From assembly GCA_050290185.1 (NCBI GenBank), contig JBNKHE010000002.1:288001-352000 (forward strand): a stretch of DNA of 64,000 nt. Reading direction: 5' to 3'. The notes beneath the pieces are model-generated. The model saw only the letters and a program-made list of their open reading frames with translations. It was not told the origin of the DNA and did not search any database. The position numbers and the translations under genes were made by a program. This stretch comes from Pontiella sp. Lineage in GTDB: Bacteria; Verrucomicrobiota; Kiritimatiellia; Kiritimatiellales; Pontiellaceae. Numbering within the stretch: the stretch's first letter is position 1; each line of letters begins with the position of its first letter. Shown piece after piece: positions 37,494 through 47,294 of the stretch.

Positions 37494-38591
37494 TCACATC
37501 CGGCGGCGACGGGGCGCGCAGAGGCGGGCGAGGAGGGTTTCGACCATCAGCTCGTGCGGGATCGAACCTGAGGAGAGCATCCGTTCGTGGGTATCCACCA
37601 CCAGTTTCTTGCGGGCAGCCAGGTTTTTCGACGAATAGGCCGCGGCCTGACCGGCAATCTTGGATGCGCGAAACCAATGCATCTTGCGGGGATCGTCGGG
37701 CATGACGGAAAAATAGTCGTCCAGCTCCGGATCGTTCGCCCACTGTATCCGCGTTCCGTTCATCCGCAGCCAGCCGGCATCCATGTATTCGCGGAAACGC
37801 AGCAGGTTGTGGAACAGGTTTTCAAGCTGGATCACCAGCCCGACTCCCGTTTGCTTTTGGAATAGAAGCTGTCGGAAAATACGGATGGCATCGCCCAGTT
37901 TCCCTTCGGCCATCGCGTCGGTCAGATCCCAAATCAACGCTTCGCCGGAAGCGGAGGTGATGATCTGAACATCTGCCTTTGTGATGGCCTTTTCGCCGCC
38001 CTTATAGAGCACCATCTTTTCGACTTCGTTCATGATCTGACGGGTTTCGAACCCCGTCTTATCGATGAAAGCATCAGCCGCGTTGGAATCGATCGTGTAT
38101 CCTTCTCGCTTGAACAGCGTGACCGCGCGCTGGAGGGCGACGGGACGGGCCTCGTAATCGCGCTCGGGAACGGCATATTCCGTGATGTCGCAGACCTCTT
38201 TGAGGGTTTTAAAAAAGGATGATCGCTTGTCGATCCCCGGAGCCGACAGGATCAGATACTGATCCGCAGCCAGTCCGGCCTTAAGATCCTTGGCCAGCTC
38301 GCCCAGTAGGCGCTTGACCTGATCGTTCTTCATGATGACCGAATTGGAAAAGAAGGAAACATCGCGGAACCACACCACCTTTTCCCCGCCGAAAAGCCCG
38401 ACGGTGCGGAACGCCGCCAGACATTGATCGATCGCCGCCACGGCATCATCAATGATGCCCGCGCTGCCATCGATGGTTTCCAACGAAAGCGCCTGCTCGG
38501 CCTCCGGGCAAAGCTCGTCGACTTTCTTCCGGGCATTCAATCCCACCAGATATTCGTCGTTGCCGTAGTAGAAATATATGTTGTCGCCCAT
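37494..38591 (-). CDS. holA: DNA polymerase III delta subunit
   Basis: YFYYGNDEYL, GLFGGEKVV, DKRS, NEVEKMVLY, IWDLTDA. Confidence 0.8.
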   Translation of the reverse strand: MGDNIYFYYGNDEYLVGLNARKKVDELCPEAEQALSLETIDGSAGIIDDAVAAIDQCLAAFRTVGLFGGEKVVWFRDVSFFSNSVIMKNDQVKRLLGELAKDLKAGLAADQYLILSAPGIDKRSSFFKTLKEVCDITEYAVPERDYEARPVALQRAVTLFKREGYTIDSNAADAFIDKTGFETRQIMNEVEKMVLYKGGEKAITKADVQIITSASGEALIWDLTDAMAEGKLGDAIRIFRQLLFQKQTGVGLVIQLENLFHNLLRFREYMDAGWLRMNGTRIQWANDPELDDYFSVMPDDPRKMHWFRASKIAGQAAAYSSKNLAARKKLVVDTHERMLSSGSIPHELMVETLLARLCAPRRRRM

Positions 38592-38767
38592 GCGCTAGTT
38601 CCTCTTCCAATCCTTCCAAGATATGATTTAATGCGGTCGTTTGGAATCGAAAACCGTACAGGGATGAACAGGCAAAATGGTTTTTAGGCAGAAAGATCTT
38701 AATCCGCGAATGCATGGCGCATTGTTCTGCCCCTAATATTCAGTCTGAACGACCGAAGGGATCTGAG

Positions 38768-39250
38768 ATGCAAAAGACAATCTGGGCACCGTGGCGAATA
38801 GAATATATTCTAGGCAACAAGGAGGCCGGCTGCTTCCTATGCAAAATGTTTTCCGAGGACAACGATCGCGAAAACCTGCTGCTCAAGCGCGGCAAAACCT
38901 GCGCGGTCGTCATGAATCGCTATCCCTACACCAGCGCGCACCTGATGGTAACCCCTTATCGACATCTTGAACATCTTAAGGACATGACCCCCGACGAGCG
39001 GCTCGAAATGACCGACCTGAGCATCGACGCTGTCGAAATCCTGAAGGCGCAACTGAAACCGGACGGACTCAACCTCGGGTACAACCTCGGCGCCGCGGCC
39101 GGCGCCGGCCTCAAAGACCATATCCACCAGCACATTGTGCCGCGCTGGATCGGCGACACCAACTTCATGCCCGTTCTGGCCGATACCCGCGTCATGCCGC
39201 AGGCATTGATGGAGCAGTATGACGTACTTCGCCCGCTGTTTGAGAGCTAA
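38768..39250 (+). CDS. HIT family hydrolase (FHIT/Ap4A-type)
   Basis: IWAPWR..YI, CFLC, MNRYPY, NLG.NLG.AAGAG, HIHQHIVPRW.GD.NF. Confidence 0.92.
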   Translation: MQKTIWAPWRIEYILGNKEAGCFLCKMFSEDNDRENLLLKRGKTCAVVMNRYPYTSAHLMVTPYRHLEHLKDMTPDERLEMTDLSIDAVEILKAQLKPDGLNLGYNLGAAAGAGLKDHIHQHIVPRWIGDTNFMPVLADTRVMPQALMEQYDVLRPLFES

Positions 39251-39293
39251 TTCATCCAATCCATTAGACTCACAACGCTGATCGGAGGGTTGC

Positions 39294-39839
39294 ATGGATC
39301 TTGACAGCCTCACAAAGTTCAAAAAATTCGAGGGTCATATTGCAAAAGATTCTTTTCGGGCCATGTGGATCGGATCCTCTCTTTTTACAGTTTTTACCTG
39401 CACCATATTGGCGTTTACAGGACTTGAAGATCTGATCTCCCAAATGAAATCCCTTCCCATAAAGGAAGCTATCGGGCTCCCGTATGCTCTGTTCATCTTC
39501 CCTGCATATCTAGCGATATCGGGCTCCATCGGATGGAAATTCTGGGCGAGGGAACCGGATAGAATTATCCTTCCCGCTGATAGCCTGCTGCTTCATGCCC
39601 TGAACTGCATATTTGTTTTTCCGGCATTGTTCACCTGCATATTCTCTCTCTGGAATATCCTAAAATGGGCCTTTGGCGAGCACCGCAGCCCGCAGGATCT
39701 TGGAACAATGCTTTTAGTTTGGGTCCTTTTCGAATACCTGATTGCCAGAATCTTCTGGGGCTTCGCCTGGTGGACACTTTTCAACATCAAGCGCCTTGTG
39801 ACTGCCCCGTTTGATGATAGCTCAAGAAGGCCGTGGTAA
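39294..39839 (+). CDS. Hypothetical membrane protein (4 TM)
   Basis: Four hydrophobic segments; GGAGG RBS. Confidence 0.6.
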   Translation: MDLDSLTKFKKFEGHIAKDSFRAMWIGSSLFTVFTCTILAFTGLEDLISQMKSLPIKEAIGLPYALFIFPAYLAISGSIGWKFWAREPDRIILPADSLLLHALNCIFVFPALFTCIFSLWNILKWAFGEHRSPQDLGTMLLVWVLFEYLIARIFWGFAWWTLFNIKRLVTAPFDDSSRRPW

Positions 39840-39909
39840 CTGAATACGATCGAAGCCCCATCTACGCATAGACAGGGCCTATGATCAAAGGGAATGACAA
39901 CGGCCGACT

Positions 39910-40395
39910 CTATAACTGACTGGCACTAGCAGCCCTATGAGTCTGTAGGTATTCATTCATCAAACCGGCCAACTTATCGGCATCCTCTCCAAAACACTCG
40001 GGCAACGTGAACTGCACGTCGCCCCCTGCACGATTAAACTTGGCCAACTTCGTCTGGTCAAACTCCGGGACAAAGTTCCAACCGACATACTTCATGAATG
40101 CAATCGTTACCGGATAGAATTCTTCGATATCGTCCCACCTATAGGACTCTTCCTTTTTGAGGATCCCAACCACGAATCCGTCCTGGTTGATCTTTAAAAA
40201 GGAACCGCCCATTGCCATTTGCCTGATCATGATAGGAGTGACCAGCACACCCAGTCCAACGGCCAGCCAGCCATACCAGTGATGGCTCATGACCATCAAA
40301 ACACCCATGAGCGCAAATGCGGGCCCCATCAACACCATAATGATCTGTCTCTTCTTACTCGTCCTCAATACCATCTCTGCTTGTACAGTATCCAT
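39910..40395 (-). CDS. Hypothetical membrane protein (2 TM plus PH-like domain)
   Basis: Two TM helices then L.I...G...Y.W.DI; AAGGAG RBS before ATG 40395. Confidence 0.65.
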   Translation of the reverse strand: MDTVQAEMVLRTSKKRQIIMVLMGPAFALMGVLMVMSHHWYGWLAVGLGVLVTPIMIRQMAMGGSFLKINQDGFVVGILKKEESYRWDDIEEFYPVTIAFMKYVGWNFVPEFDQTKLAKFNRAGGDVQFTLPECFGEDADKLAGLMNEYLQTHRAASASQL

Positions 40396-40565
40396 ATTAC
40401 TCCTTGTCACACATGTATCTGCGCACCGACTCAACCACACAGTTGCGTAGTATTTACTATCTGATATAATCAGTCTGGTACATTCAAAAGAATGGAATTA
40501 ATCCCCCAAGGTTCTTTATAAAGATTTACAATCGACAGGACTCAACCCCAACCGAGAATACCGCA

Positions 40566-41132
40566 ATGAAACCTGCACTCCCTATTCTGTTGTTCGCGCT
40601 TAGTCTTTCATCATTCAGCCTAGCGGATGAAACCAATGACTCCTCCTCCCTGTTCGGCATCACGATTACGAACCAGGTTTCAGCGGCGGAAAAGCAATTC
40701 AACCTTGGATCGGCCTATTTCTCGGGCGACGGCGTGGAGCAGGATCTCCCCAAAGCAATCGAGTACTTCCGAAAAGCGGCGGAGCTCGGCCATGGCCATG
40801 CCCAGTTCAACCTTGGTTTATGCTACATGAATGGCTCCGGCGTGGAACAAAGCGATCAGGAAGCCGCTCTCTGGCTTAAGAAGGCTGCTGACCAGGGGAT
40901 AAAGGAAGCGATCTATCCATTGGGGGTCTGCTGCTACAACCTCGAACAATACACCGAGGCCTATGCCTGGTCCCTTGCCGCCGAAGCCAACGGCGATAGC
41001 CGCCTGAAGGAAATGCTCACCCCCATGTATTCCGAAGAAGAAATTGCTGCCGGAAAGGCCCGATTTGAGGAACTGAAAACCGCGCAGAAAAAACCGGAAA
41101 CGGACGATTCAAAGCCCACAACCGGAAATTAA
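40566..41132 (+). CDS. Secreted Sel1-repeat protein
   Basis: Signal peptide; AQFNLGLCYMNGSGVEQ..EA..W..KAA.QG repeats. Confidence 0.9.
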   Translation: MKPALPILLFALSLSSFSLADETNDSSSLFGITITNQVSAAEKQFNLGSAYFSGDGVEQDLPKAIEYFRKAAELGHGHAQFNLGLCYMNGSGVEQSDQEAALWLKKAADQGIKEAIYPLGVCCYNLEQYTEAYAWSLAAEANGDSRLKEMLTPMYSEEEIAAGKARFEELKTAQKKPETDDSKPTTGN

Positions 41133-41215
41133 CCAGAATCCCCCCTACAGCTTAGTAGTCATTTATTTCGTTTTTTTATGTTCGGTCTGGAGACCGGGCG
41201 GGAATTACTTAATAA

Positions 41216-42853
41216 ATGACCATGAATCCAAGCGACATACAACTCATCAGACAGTTTTCGCAAAACGATGACCCCGCAGCATTTTCGCAGCTGGTCGAAC
41301 GTTATATGGACGTCGCCTATTCGGCGGCAATCACCTATCTGGGCAAGGATGACCTTGCCCACGACGCGTGCCAGCTAACCTTTGTAGAGCTCTCCAAGAA
41401 AGCGCGGCACCTCCCGGAAAAGGTGAAACTCGGCGGCTGGATCTATATCACAGCCCGCAACCTATCCCGAAAAATCCAACGCACGGAAATCCGCCGGCAA
41501 CAGCGGGAACAAAAGTATGTGGATCAAATGGAAACCCAACCAACAACCGAAGCGGACTGGTCTCGACTGGCCCCGGATATTCATGAAGCACTCGAGCGAC
41601 TGAAGGACACAGAGCGCGAAGCCATCATCCTTCGCTATTTTCAAGGAAAGAGCCTCGCCGAAGTCGGCGAGGCTCTAGGCGTTTCGACCGACGCCGCCCG
41701 CATGCGAGTGAAACGGGCGCTGGATGGCCTGAATGGCCGACTTACAAAAAAAGGCATCACATCAACAGCCACCGCGTTGGCCGCCGCCCTTCCCGCACAC
41801 GCCTCGCTAACGGCACCGACCGGAATGGCCGCATCGATTTCCACCACGGTTCTGGCCAATGCCGGAACCACGATTGCAACAACGACCTTAATAGGAGCAA
41901 TCATAGCCATCATGAACGCAAAAGCACTGCTCATCACTGCCGTAGCCGCTACCGTTGTTCTCGGAGGAGGCGTTTATCTCACCACCCGATCGCAATCCGA
42001 AAAAGAACAGACCGCATTGGACCCGCAACTACCATCGCTTGAAGCCGGGCAGCAAATCGAGACCAACGCACAGACCACCAGCGACACTTCGTCAAATCGA
42101 CCGAAGGAATTACTGCGTGGCTTGGCGCAATCCGATTCATCGCACACCGAGACAGCTCCGAAGAACAACGCCATGGGAATAACTCCGGAATACCTGAAAA
42201 CGGCCGAGCAGAGGTTCTCCATTGACTTGAAAAACACGTATTTTAACCCTTATGATAAAGAGCTCCGCGACACGGATCATTTAACCAAAAAGCTCCAGTT
42301 GCGCATGGGATTGAATGCGGATCAAACGGCGAACTTTAGTGCCATTCTGACGGCCTATAAGGACTACAGCGACCAGCAGAAGAAGGAGTTCAAAGGAAAG
42401 TGGCAGAGCATGATGGAAGCGGAGCGGGAGAGCATGATGAACTATTGGGCTCTTTATTCCATGAAGGGGGATGGGGTAGAACTATCCCCCGAACAGAACG
42501 CATATTTGCAGTCAGTGGATGAGCAGAGGGGAACCATCCGGGATCAGGCCTATGACATACACTGGCCCAAAAAATGGTATGAGAACGAGAGTATCCTGCA
42601 GGAACTTAATGCGCAGCTCACTCCGGACCAGCAAAACGAACTTGCCACCTATATCGAGGAAAAGGGAGTCCGCGAGAGAGAAGCGAACGCCCTCCGGCAC
42701 GCCAACGATTTGGCAGAAACGCTGGGTCTGAACGAGGCCGATCGTGGCGCACTGTATGATTATCTCTATGAACATCCGGAAGCATCGGATGATGATATCG
42801 CCGAACATCTTTCTCCGGAGCTGCGTGAACTGATGTCACCCGCCGATGACTAG
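41216..42853 (+). CDS. ECF sigma-70 factor with C-terminal TM segment and extracytoplasmic extension
   Basis: AFSQLVERY...AHDACQLTF, GWIY, REAIILRYFQGKSLAEVG..LG.S.DAARMRV.RAL; Ala/Thr linker, TM helix, ~290-aa tail. Confidence 0.88.
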   Translation: MTMNPSDIQLIRQFSQNDDPAAFSQLVERYMDVAYSAAITYLGKDDLAHDACQLTFVELSKKARHLPEKVKLGGWIYITARNLSRKIQRTEIRRQQREQKYVDQMETQPTTEADWSRLAPDIHEALERLKDTEREAIILRYFQGKSLAEVGEALGVSTDAARMRVKRALDGLNGRLTKKGITSTATALAAALPAHASLTAPTGMAASISTTVLANAGTTIATTTLIGAIIAIMNAKALLITAVAATVVLGGGVYLTTRSQSEKEQTALDPQLPSLEAGQQIETNAQTTSDTSSNRPKELLRGLAQSDSSHTETAPKNNAMGITPEYLKTAEQRFSIDLKNTYFNPYDKELRDTDHLTKKLQLRMGLNADQTANFSAILTAYKDYSDQQKKEFKGKWQSMMEAERESMMNYWALYSMKGDGVELSPEQNAYLQSVDEQRGTIRDQAYDIHWPKKWYENESILQELNAQLTPDQQNELATYIEEKGVREREANALRHANDLAETLGLNEADRGALYDYLYEHPEASDDDIAEHLSPELRELMSPADD

Positions 42854-42946
42854 GCCGGCGTTATGTACTCGTGGTGAGTACCGCCAGCAAACAGAACAGG
42901 AAAACGCAGTAGAAAAGCCCGCCTCGATCCCTTGGTGCCTTTGTGT

Positions 42947-43642
42947 TTAATACAGGTCTTTTCGCTGACGCAGCTCGGCAAACGCCTCGACGGTGTCGAT
43001 CCGCAGAAAAGGATTGGTTTTCATTTCCTCGGCCAGCGTAGCAAAGATCGCGGCGACTGGATCGCGGCGGTATAGCTCCAAGCGGGCTTTCACATCGACG
43101 TTTTCGGGTTCGAGCGATAACGCAAATTCCATGCTTTCGACGAGATAGTCGTGCCCGCCGAAAATGCGGGTTTCATCCGGTAGCGCCTTGATGGCTTGCA
43201 GGCTGGAAAAAGCCTGCTCCGCCGTCCCCCCCAGCAGGCGACCACACGCCCCATTGATCAATGCATCGCCGGCAAACAAAATTCCGAGCTCGGGAAAGTG
43301 ATAGATCTTGTGCACCGCCATGTGACCTGGAGTTGAAATGGAAGAACAGGCGGCACCTAAGACATTGTATTCGCGTTCCTCGACGGCGGGACTCGTAAAA
43401 AGGATGCCCAAACGCTCCTGAATGGCCCGGCAGCCACCTACATGATCGTGATGCGTGTGTGTGATAAAGGCTTCCAGCACCTGCAGATTTTCCTCTTCCA
43501 GCACCCGGAAAACCGGCCCGGCCTCACCGGCATCGATCAACACCGCTTTGCCATCGCGGCATACTAAATAGACGAAGTTGTCGCGCAGTACCGGCACCGC
43601 CAGCACTTCATATTCACCAAATTCAAATCGATCAATCTTCAT
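42947..43642 (-). CDS. gloB: Hydroxyacylglutathione hydrolase (glyoxalase II, metallo-beta-lactamase fold)
   Basis: DNFVY, THTHHDHVGG, TPGH, GDAL..GACGR, GHDY, E..TNPFLR. Confidence 0.85.
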   Translation of the reverse strand: MKIDRFEFGEYEVLAVPVLRDNFVYLVCRDGKAVLIDAGEAGPVFRVLEEENLQVLEAFITHTHHDHVGGCRAIQERLGILFTSPAVEEREYNVLGAACSSISTPGHMAVHKIYHFPELGILFAGDALINGACGRLLGGTAEQAFSSLQAIKALPDETRIFGGHDYLVESMEFALSLEPENVDVKARLELYRRDPVAAIFATLAEEMKTNPFLRIDTVEAFAELRQRKDLY

Positions 43643-43753
43643 GGGGAAAATGTACCACACAATTGCGCCCAGAGAAGCAATTGGATCAAATACACGAAAA
43701 AACGGGATGCGTTTCAGCCGGAATCTATTTCGTGTGCTTCGTGTATTTCGTGG

Positions 43754-44077
43754 TTAATAAAAAATGGCCAGCCAGATGGTTTTTTCGGTCGCTGAAGTGG
43801 ACTCCACACGATGACGCTGACGGGCGGTAATGAGAAGATAATCACCGGGCTTAAGCTCGATCCGCTCGATACCGGATTCCATTTCAACGGACAGCACGGC
43901 CGATCCTGAAACCAGCAAAACCCATTCATTCTGTGCCTGATCGTACCAGAACCCTTCCGGCGAGGCGTGGCCGTCGGAGACGATCCGCTCAACCTTCACA
44001 TGCTCGCTTTCCGCCAGCACGCTAAAGAGTTCCTCGGGCAGATTTACAGGAATATTACTGAACAGATTTGTTTTCAT
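43754..44077 (-). CDS. Cupin domain protein
   Basis: VERIVS.GHASP.GFWYDQ..NEWV, HRVE.T, IWLA. Confidence 0.85.
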   Translation of the reverse strand: MKTNLFSNIPVNLPEELFSVLAESEHVKVERIVSDGHASPEGFWYDQAQNEWVLLVSGSAVLSVEMESGIERIELKPGDYLLITARQRHRVESTSATEKTIWLAIFY

Positions 44078-44080
44078 ATA

Positions 44081-44110
44081 AAAACAGGCGTAACTCGAAA
44101 GCTACGCCCG
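44081..44110 (-). terminator. Probable intrinsic terminator after the outer-membrane protein gene
   Basis: Minus strand CGGGCGTAGC-TTTC-GAGTTACGCCTG-TTTT. Confidence 0.5.
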
Positions 44111-44176
44111 GTCCACTAGAATTAGCGATCGAATAGCCCCATCCCGAAAAATGGAAAGGCCTAACGACGTTATTGA

Positions 44177-44809
44177 TTAGAAGGTTACACCAAAGACAAG
44201 TGCAGCGTTTCCGCCATCTCCACTAATCGTGCCGTCAGCTTTCACGCCACCCCCGAAATCGAACTCTACGTCCGAAGAGAATCCGCCATAGCCGAGTTCA
44301 AGGCCTAATTCAACGTTTGACCCCAGCATAAAGAACGCACCGCCTTTAATCCCATACATGGCGTAGCCGCCGGAACCATCGGAAAATCCGGTAATTTCCT
44401 GTCGCGCACCACCAATGCCCAGATAAGGGCCAAGCTCAAATACAAAAACATCACCGGATCTTACAGCAAGACCACCCTGAACCATCACACCAAACGCAGC
44501 CAAATCAAAGGAACCGCCACCCAGTCCTCCGCTATTTCCTGCAAAGAAAACACCGCCGCCCAGAACGCCGCCAACCGTTGATTCGTCATCACCCCAAAAC
44601 CGTTTGACCGCCAGAATTTCAAGCTGTCCGCCCCCATCTTCGCTTACAGATACCGATCCCCCGCCATCCACTTCCAACTTATTCACTCCGGGCGCACTGC
44701 CCAGCGACACGCGTATCCCAAAATCGCTTTTCGTGGTTTCGTCTGCACCAAAAGCCGAAACACAAATAATCCCTGCAATGACGACACTTCCCTTGATTCC
44801 TAATTTCAT
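44177..44809 (-). CDS. Outer-membrane beta-barrel protein
   Basis: Signal peptide, Gly-rich amphipathic strands, C-terminal Phe (LVFGVTF). Confidence 0.7.
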   Translation of the reverse strand: MKLGIKGSVVIAGIICVSAFGADETTKSDFGIRVSLGSAPGVNKLEVDGGGSVSVSEDGGGQLEILAVKRFWGDDESTVGGVLGGGVFFAGNSGGLGGGSFDLAAFGVMVQGGLAVRSGDVFVFELGPYLGIGGARQEITGFSDGSGGYAMYGIKGGAFFMLGSNVELGLELGYGGFSSDVEFDFGGGVKADGTISGDGGNAALVFGVTF

Positions 44810-44848
44810 CCTAATCTCCTGTCACCCATTTTATTACCGTTCATTCGT

Positions 44849-44861
44849 CCCCCCCCCCCCC
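44849..44861. repeat. C13 homopolymer (G13 on the coding strand)
   Basis: 13 consecutive C, 40 bp upstream of the OMP start codon. Confidence 0.85.
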
Positions 44862-45004
44862 TGCTCTGCGTTACGGCATCGGCAAAGCAAGCGTCGATTA
44901 AGTTCTATAATCGCTTTAAACGTATATGTAAAAACAAGCGTTCGCGGCAAGCACGCATGATTATTTAATGATATTTAACGGGGAAAAGCGCCCGAGACAG
45001 GCTC

Positions 45005-45793
45005 TTATTCCTCGCCGAGCAAAATGCGGAGAACCTGATTGGCCTGCATGTGGGCAGCGATGCCGACGCGGGGAGCCATGAGCCCGCAGCCCGGGGCAGC
45101 GCCGGTGGCAAGGTCGCCGACAATGTAGACGTCCCTACCCATCTTGCGCACCCCGATGGTGTCACCGGGGCCGTAGCCGGCGAGGCCGGAAGCGGCGACG
45201 ATCGGCTGGCCCTTGAAATTTTGCAGCAGCATCGCTTTCTGATCGGCACGATCGAACGCCTCGACCATCACATCCACTTCACCGAAAAGCTCCGGGATAT
45301 TGTCGGGAGTCACGCGTACGCAATGGGCGTCGTACTGCACATACGGATTGATACGGCTCAGATTGGCTTCGAGTGCCTCGGCCTTGGTCATGCCCAGCTG
45401 ATCAATGAAGTATTGCTGGCGGTTGAGGTTGCTGGGCTCGACGACATCAAAATCGGCCAGAATCAGTTTCCCGATGCCGATGCGTGCCAGCGCCACGGCA
45501 ATAGCGGAACCAAGGCCACCCAAGCCGGCGATGCCGACGGTTGCTTCCTTGATCTTTTCATGCACACCGGGCGTATGGCGGGCAGCCATCAACGCCTCCA
45601 GCTCGTCGGCTGGTGGAATTTCTCCACGCCTGATCAGATTAACCGCATCTCCTTCGGAGAGTGCAACATCATAGGCAACAGCCGCACCGTTATAGATCAG
45701 AATATCCGCATCCGGTTTCTCCTGGTTGCGCAACAGGAACAACGTTGTATCGGCGTCCACTTCGATTGGCCGTTCGTTCAGCTTAATTTTCAT
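45005..45793 (-). CDS. thiF: ThiF adenylyltransferase with an N-terminal ThiS-like domain
   Basis: MKIKLNE...IYNG...L.EGD.V.LIRRG then ARHTPGVH, GIAGLGGLGS, DFDVVEPSNLNRQQY, EAFD, GLMAPRV; ATG at 45793. Confidence 0.88.
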   Translation of the reverse strand: MKIKLNERPIEVDADTTLFLLRNQEKPDADILIYNGAAVAYDVALSEGDAVNLIRRGEIPPADELEALMAARHTPGVHEKIKEATVGIAGLGGLGSAIAVALARIGIGKLILADFDVVEPSNLNRQQYFIDQLGMTKAEALEANLSRINPYVQYDAHCVRVTPDNIPELFGEVDVMVEAFDRADQKAMLLQNFKGQPIVAASGLAGYGPGDTIGVRKMGRDVYIVGDLATGAAPGCGLMAPRVGIAAHMQANQVLRILLGEE

Positions 45794-45900
45794 GGATCCA
45801 TTAACCGCAAAAGCATGCATGGAACGCAAGAAGCAAGAATTCAATTCTTCTGGATCACGCATCAGGAATCACGCATCATGCCGCTTCAACCGGAGGTTAT

Positions 45901-46521
45901 ATGCTTACGCGCACAAAGAATTTTTTCAAGACAACCATCCTTGGTGGCGTCATCGTCATCCTGCCGGTCATCATCCTCATCCTGGCGTTCAAATGGCTGT
46001 TCGGCGTGGTGGGCAATGCCATCGCACCGCTCACCAACCTGGTCGTTGATACGCTCCCGACACCCGAAAAATACAATCCGCTCATCGCTACGGTCATTGT
46101 CCTCGCCGTGATTATTATGGGTTGCTTTTTCTTCGGGCTGTTTGTCCGCACAAAACTGGGCCAAATGATCTACAGCAGCTTCGAAAACAGCTTCCTGAGC
46201 AAGGCCCCCGGCTACAAGATGATCAAGGAAACGGTCAACCAGTTTCTTGGGAACAAGGCCTCTCCGTTCTCATCCGTGGCACTGGTCAACATATACGGCA
46301 ACGATACGCTCATGACGGCATTCATTACCGACCGGCACGACAACGGCATGGTTACGGTGTTCGTGCCGACGGGCCCCAACCCCACCTCCGGCTTCATTTA
46401 CCACCTCCCTCAGCAACACGTTCACCCCGTCTCCGTAACGGTTGAAAGCGCGATGCGCTCGGTAATCTCGTGCGGTGCGGGTTCGGGCGCCCTCATCGAA
46501 GGGCTCGCAGACCATACGTAG
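45901..46521 (+). CDS. DUF502 membrane protein
   Basis: G..VILP, P..K.IKE, VFVPTGPNPTSG, VIS.G. Confidence 0.85.
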   Translation: MLTRTKNFFKTTILGGVIVILPVIILILAFKWLFGVVGNAIAPLTNLVVDTLPTPEKYNPLIATVIVLAVIIMGCFFFGLFVRTKLGQMIYSSFENSFLSKAPGYKMIKETVNQFLGNKASPFSSVALVNIYGNDTLMTAFITDRHDNGMVTVFVPTGPNPTSGFIYHLPQQHVHPVSVTVESAMRSVISCGAGSGALIEGLADHT

Positions 46522-47294
46522 GGCTCAATTGATGCTGGCGGCAATCGGGACAGTCGTTCCTATGCCATTAGAAGGCGACTGGAATACCGCAACCAGCTCT
46601 TAGCCGCCCTCAAGCTTGTTTTCAGGTTCCGGGAAGACCGTGTGCAAGGTCAATCGGGCATCCGGTTTTACTTTAACTGGAGCGAATGGCCTTTTGAAGT
46701 GCTTGAAGAACTGGATTTCCCGGTTTTCCGGCCGTCCTTCGAGAGATAGAGCCCAAAGGCCAACACGCCCACCAGTAAAAGAATGGATGCCGCGACAAAA
46801 ATTTCCAGGCACCAGGTCATCAGCGTTTTCTTAGGTTTTGGATACATTCTGAACCCCACTTATCCTTCTGACTACCTATCAGATACTTATACGATCCCAC
46901 ATTAGTGTCTGGCTCTTTTGTAAGCCAATATTATTTAAGCTTAAATTAGGCGGGTAGTAGGCGCTTCAGGGAGTTGGAAAAACGCATGGACACCGCCCGC
47001 TATGAAAACGGCACCCCGATCGACGGTACCGGAACCAACAGCAATAGAGAGATCATGGATCGTCATTCATACGTTTTCCTAAACTCCACGCAGCAAAGTA
47101 TCCGCTAATGAGAATACGCCATTCACATCATTTACGGCAGTCACATTCTAAAAGGAGCCTCAAAATATCTTCTCCTTGATGCGCGCCCCAAATGCGAATG
47201 CAAATACCTATACAGACGTAGGTATTTTGTCTTGTGTTGTTTATAAAAAAGACTATATGCCCGTTAAGGGGTTTGAGAGAAATGGAGGTGCGCG

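Noticed and set aside
45794..45900. TPP riboswitch upstream of thiF
   Set aside because: No CTGAGA or other TPP aptamer core visible on the minus strand.
46600..47060. Small ORFs (46668-46859 with one TM helix) and a coding-like fragment near 46976-47050
   Set aside because: No recognisable family; could be a small membrane protein or a remnant, but cannot be supported from sequence alone.
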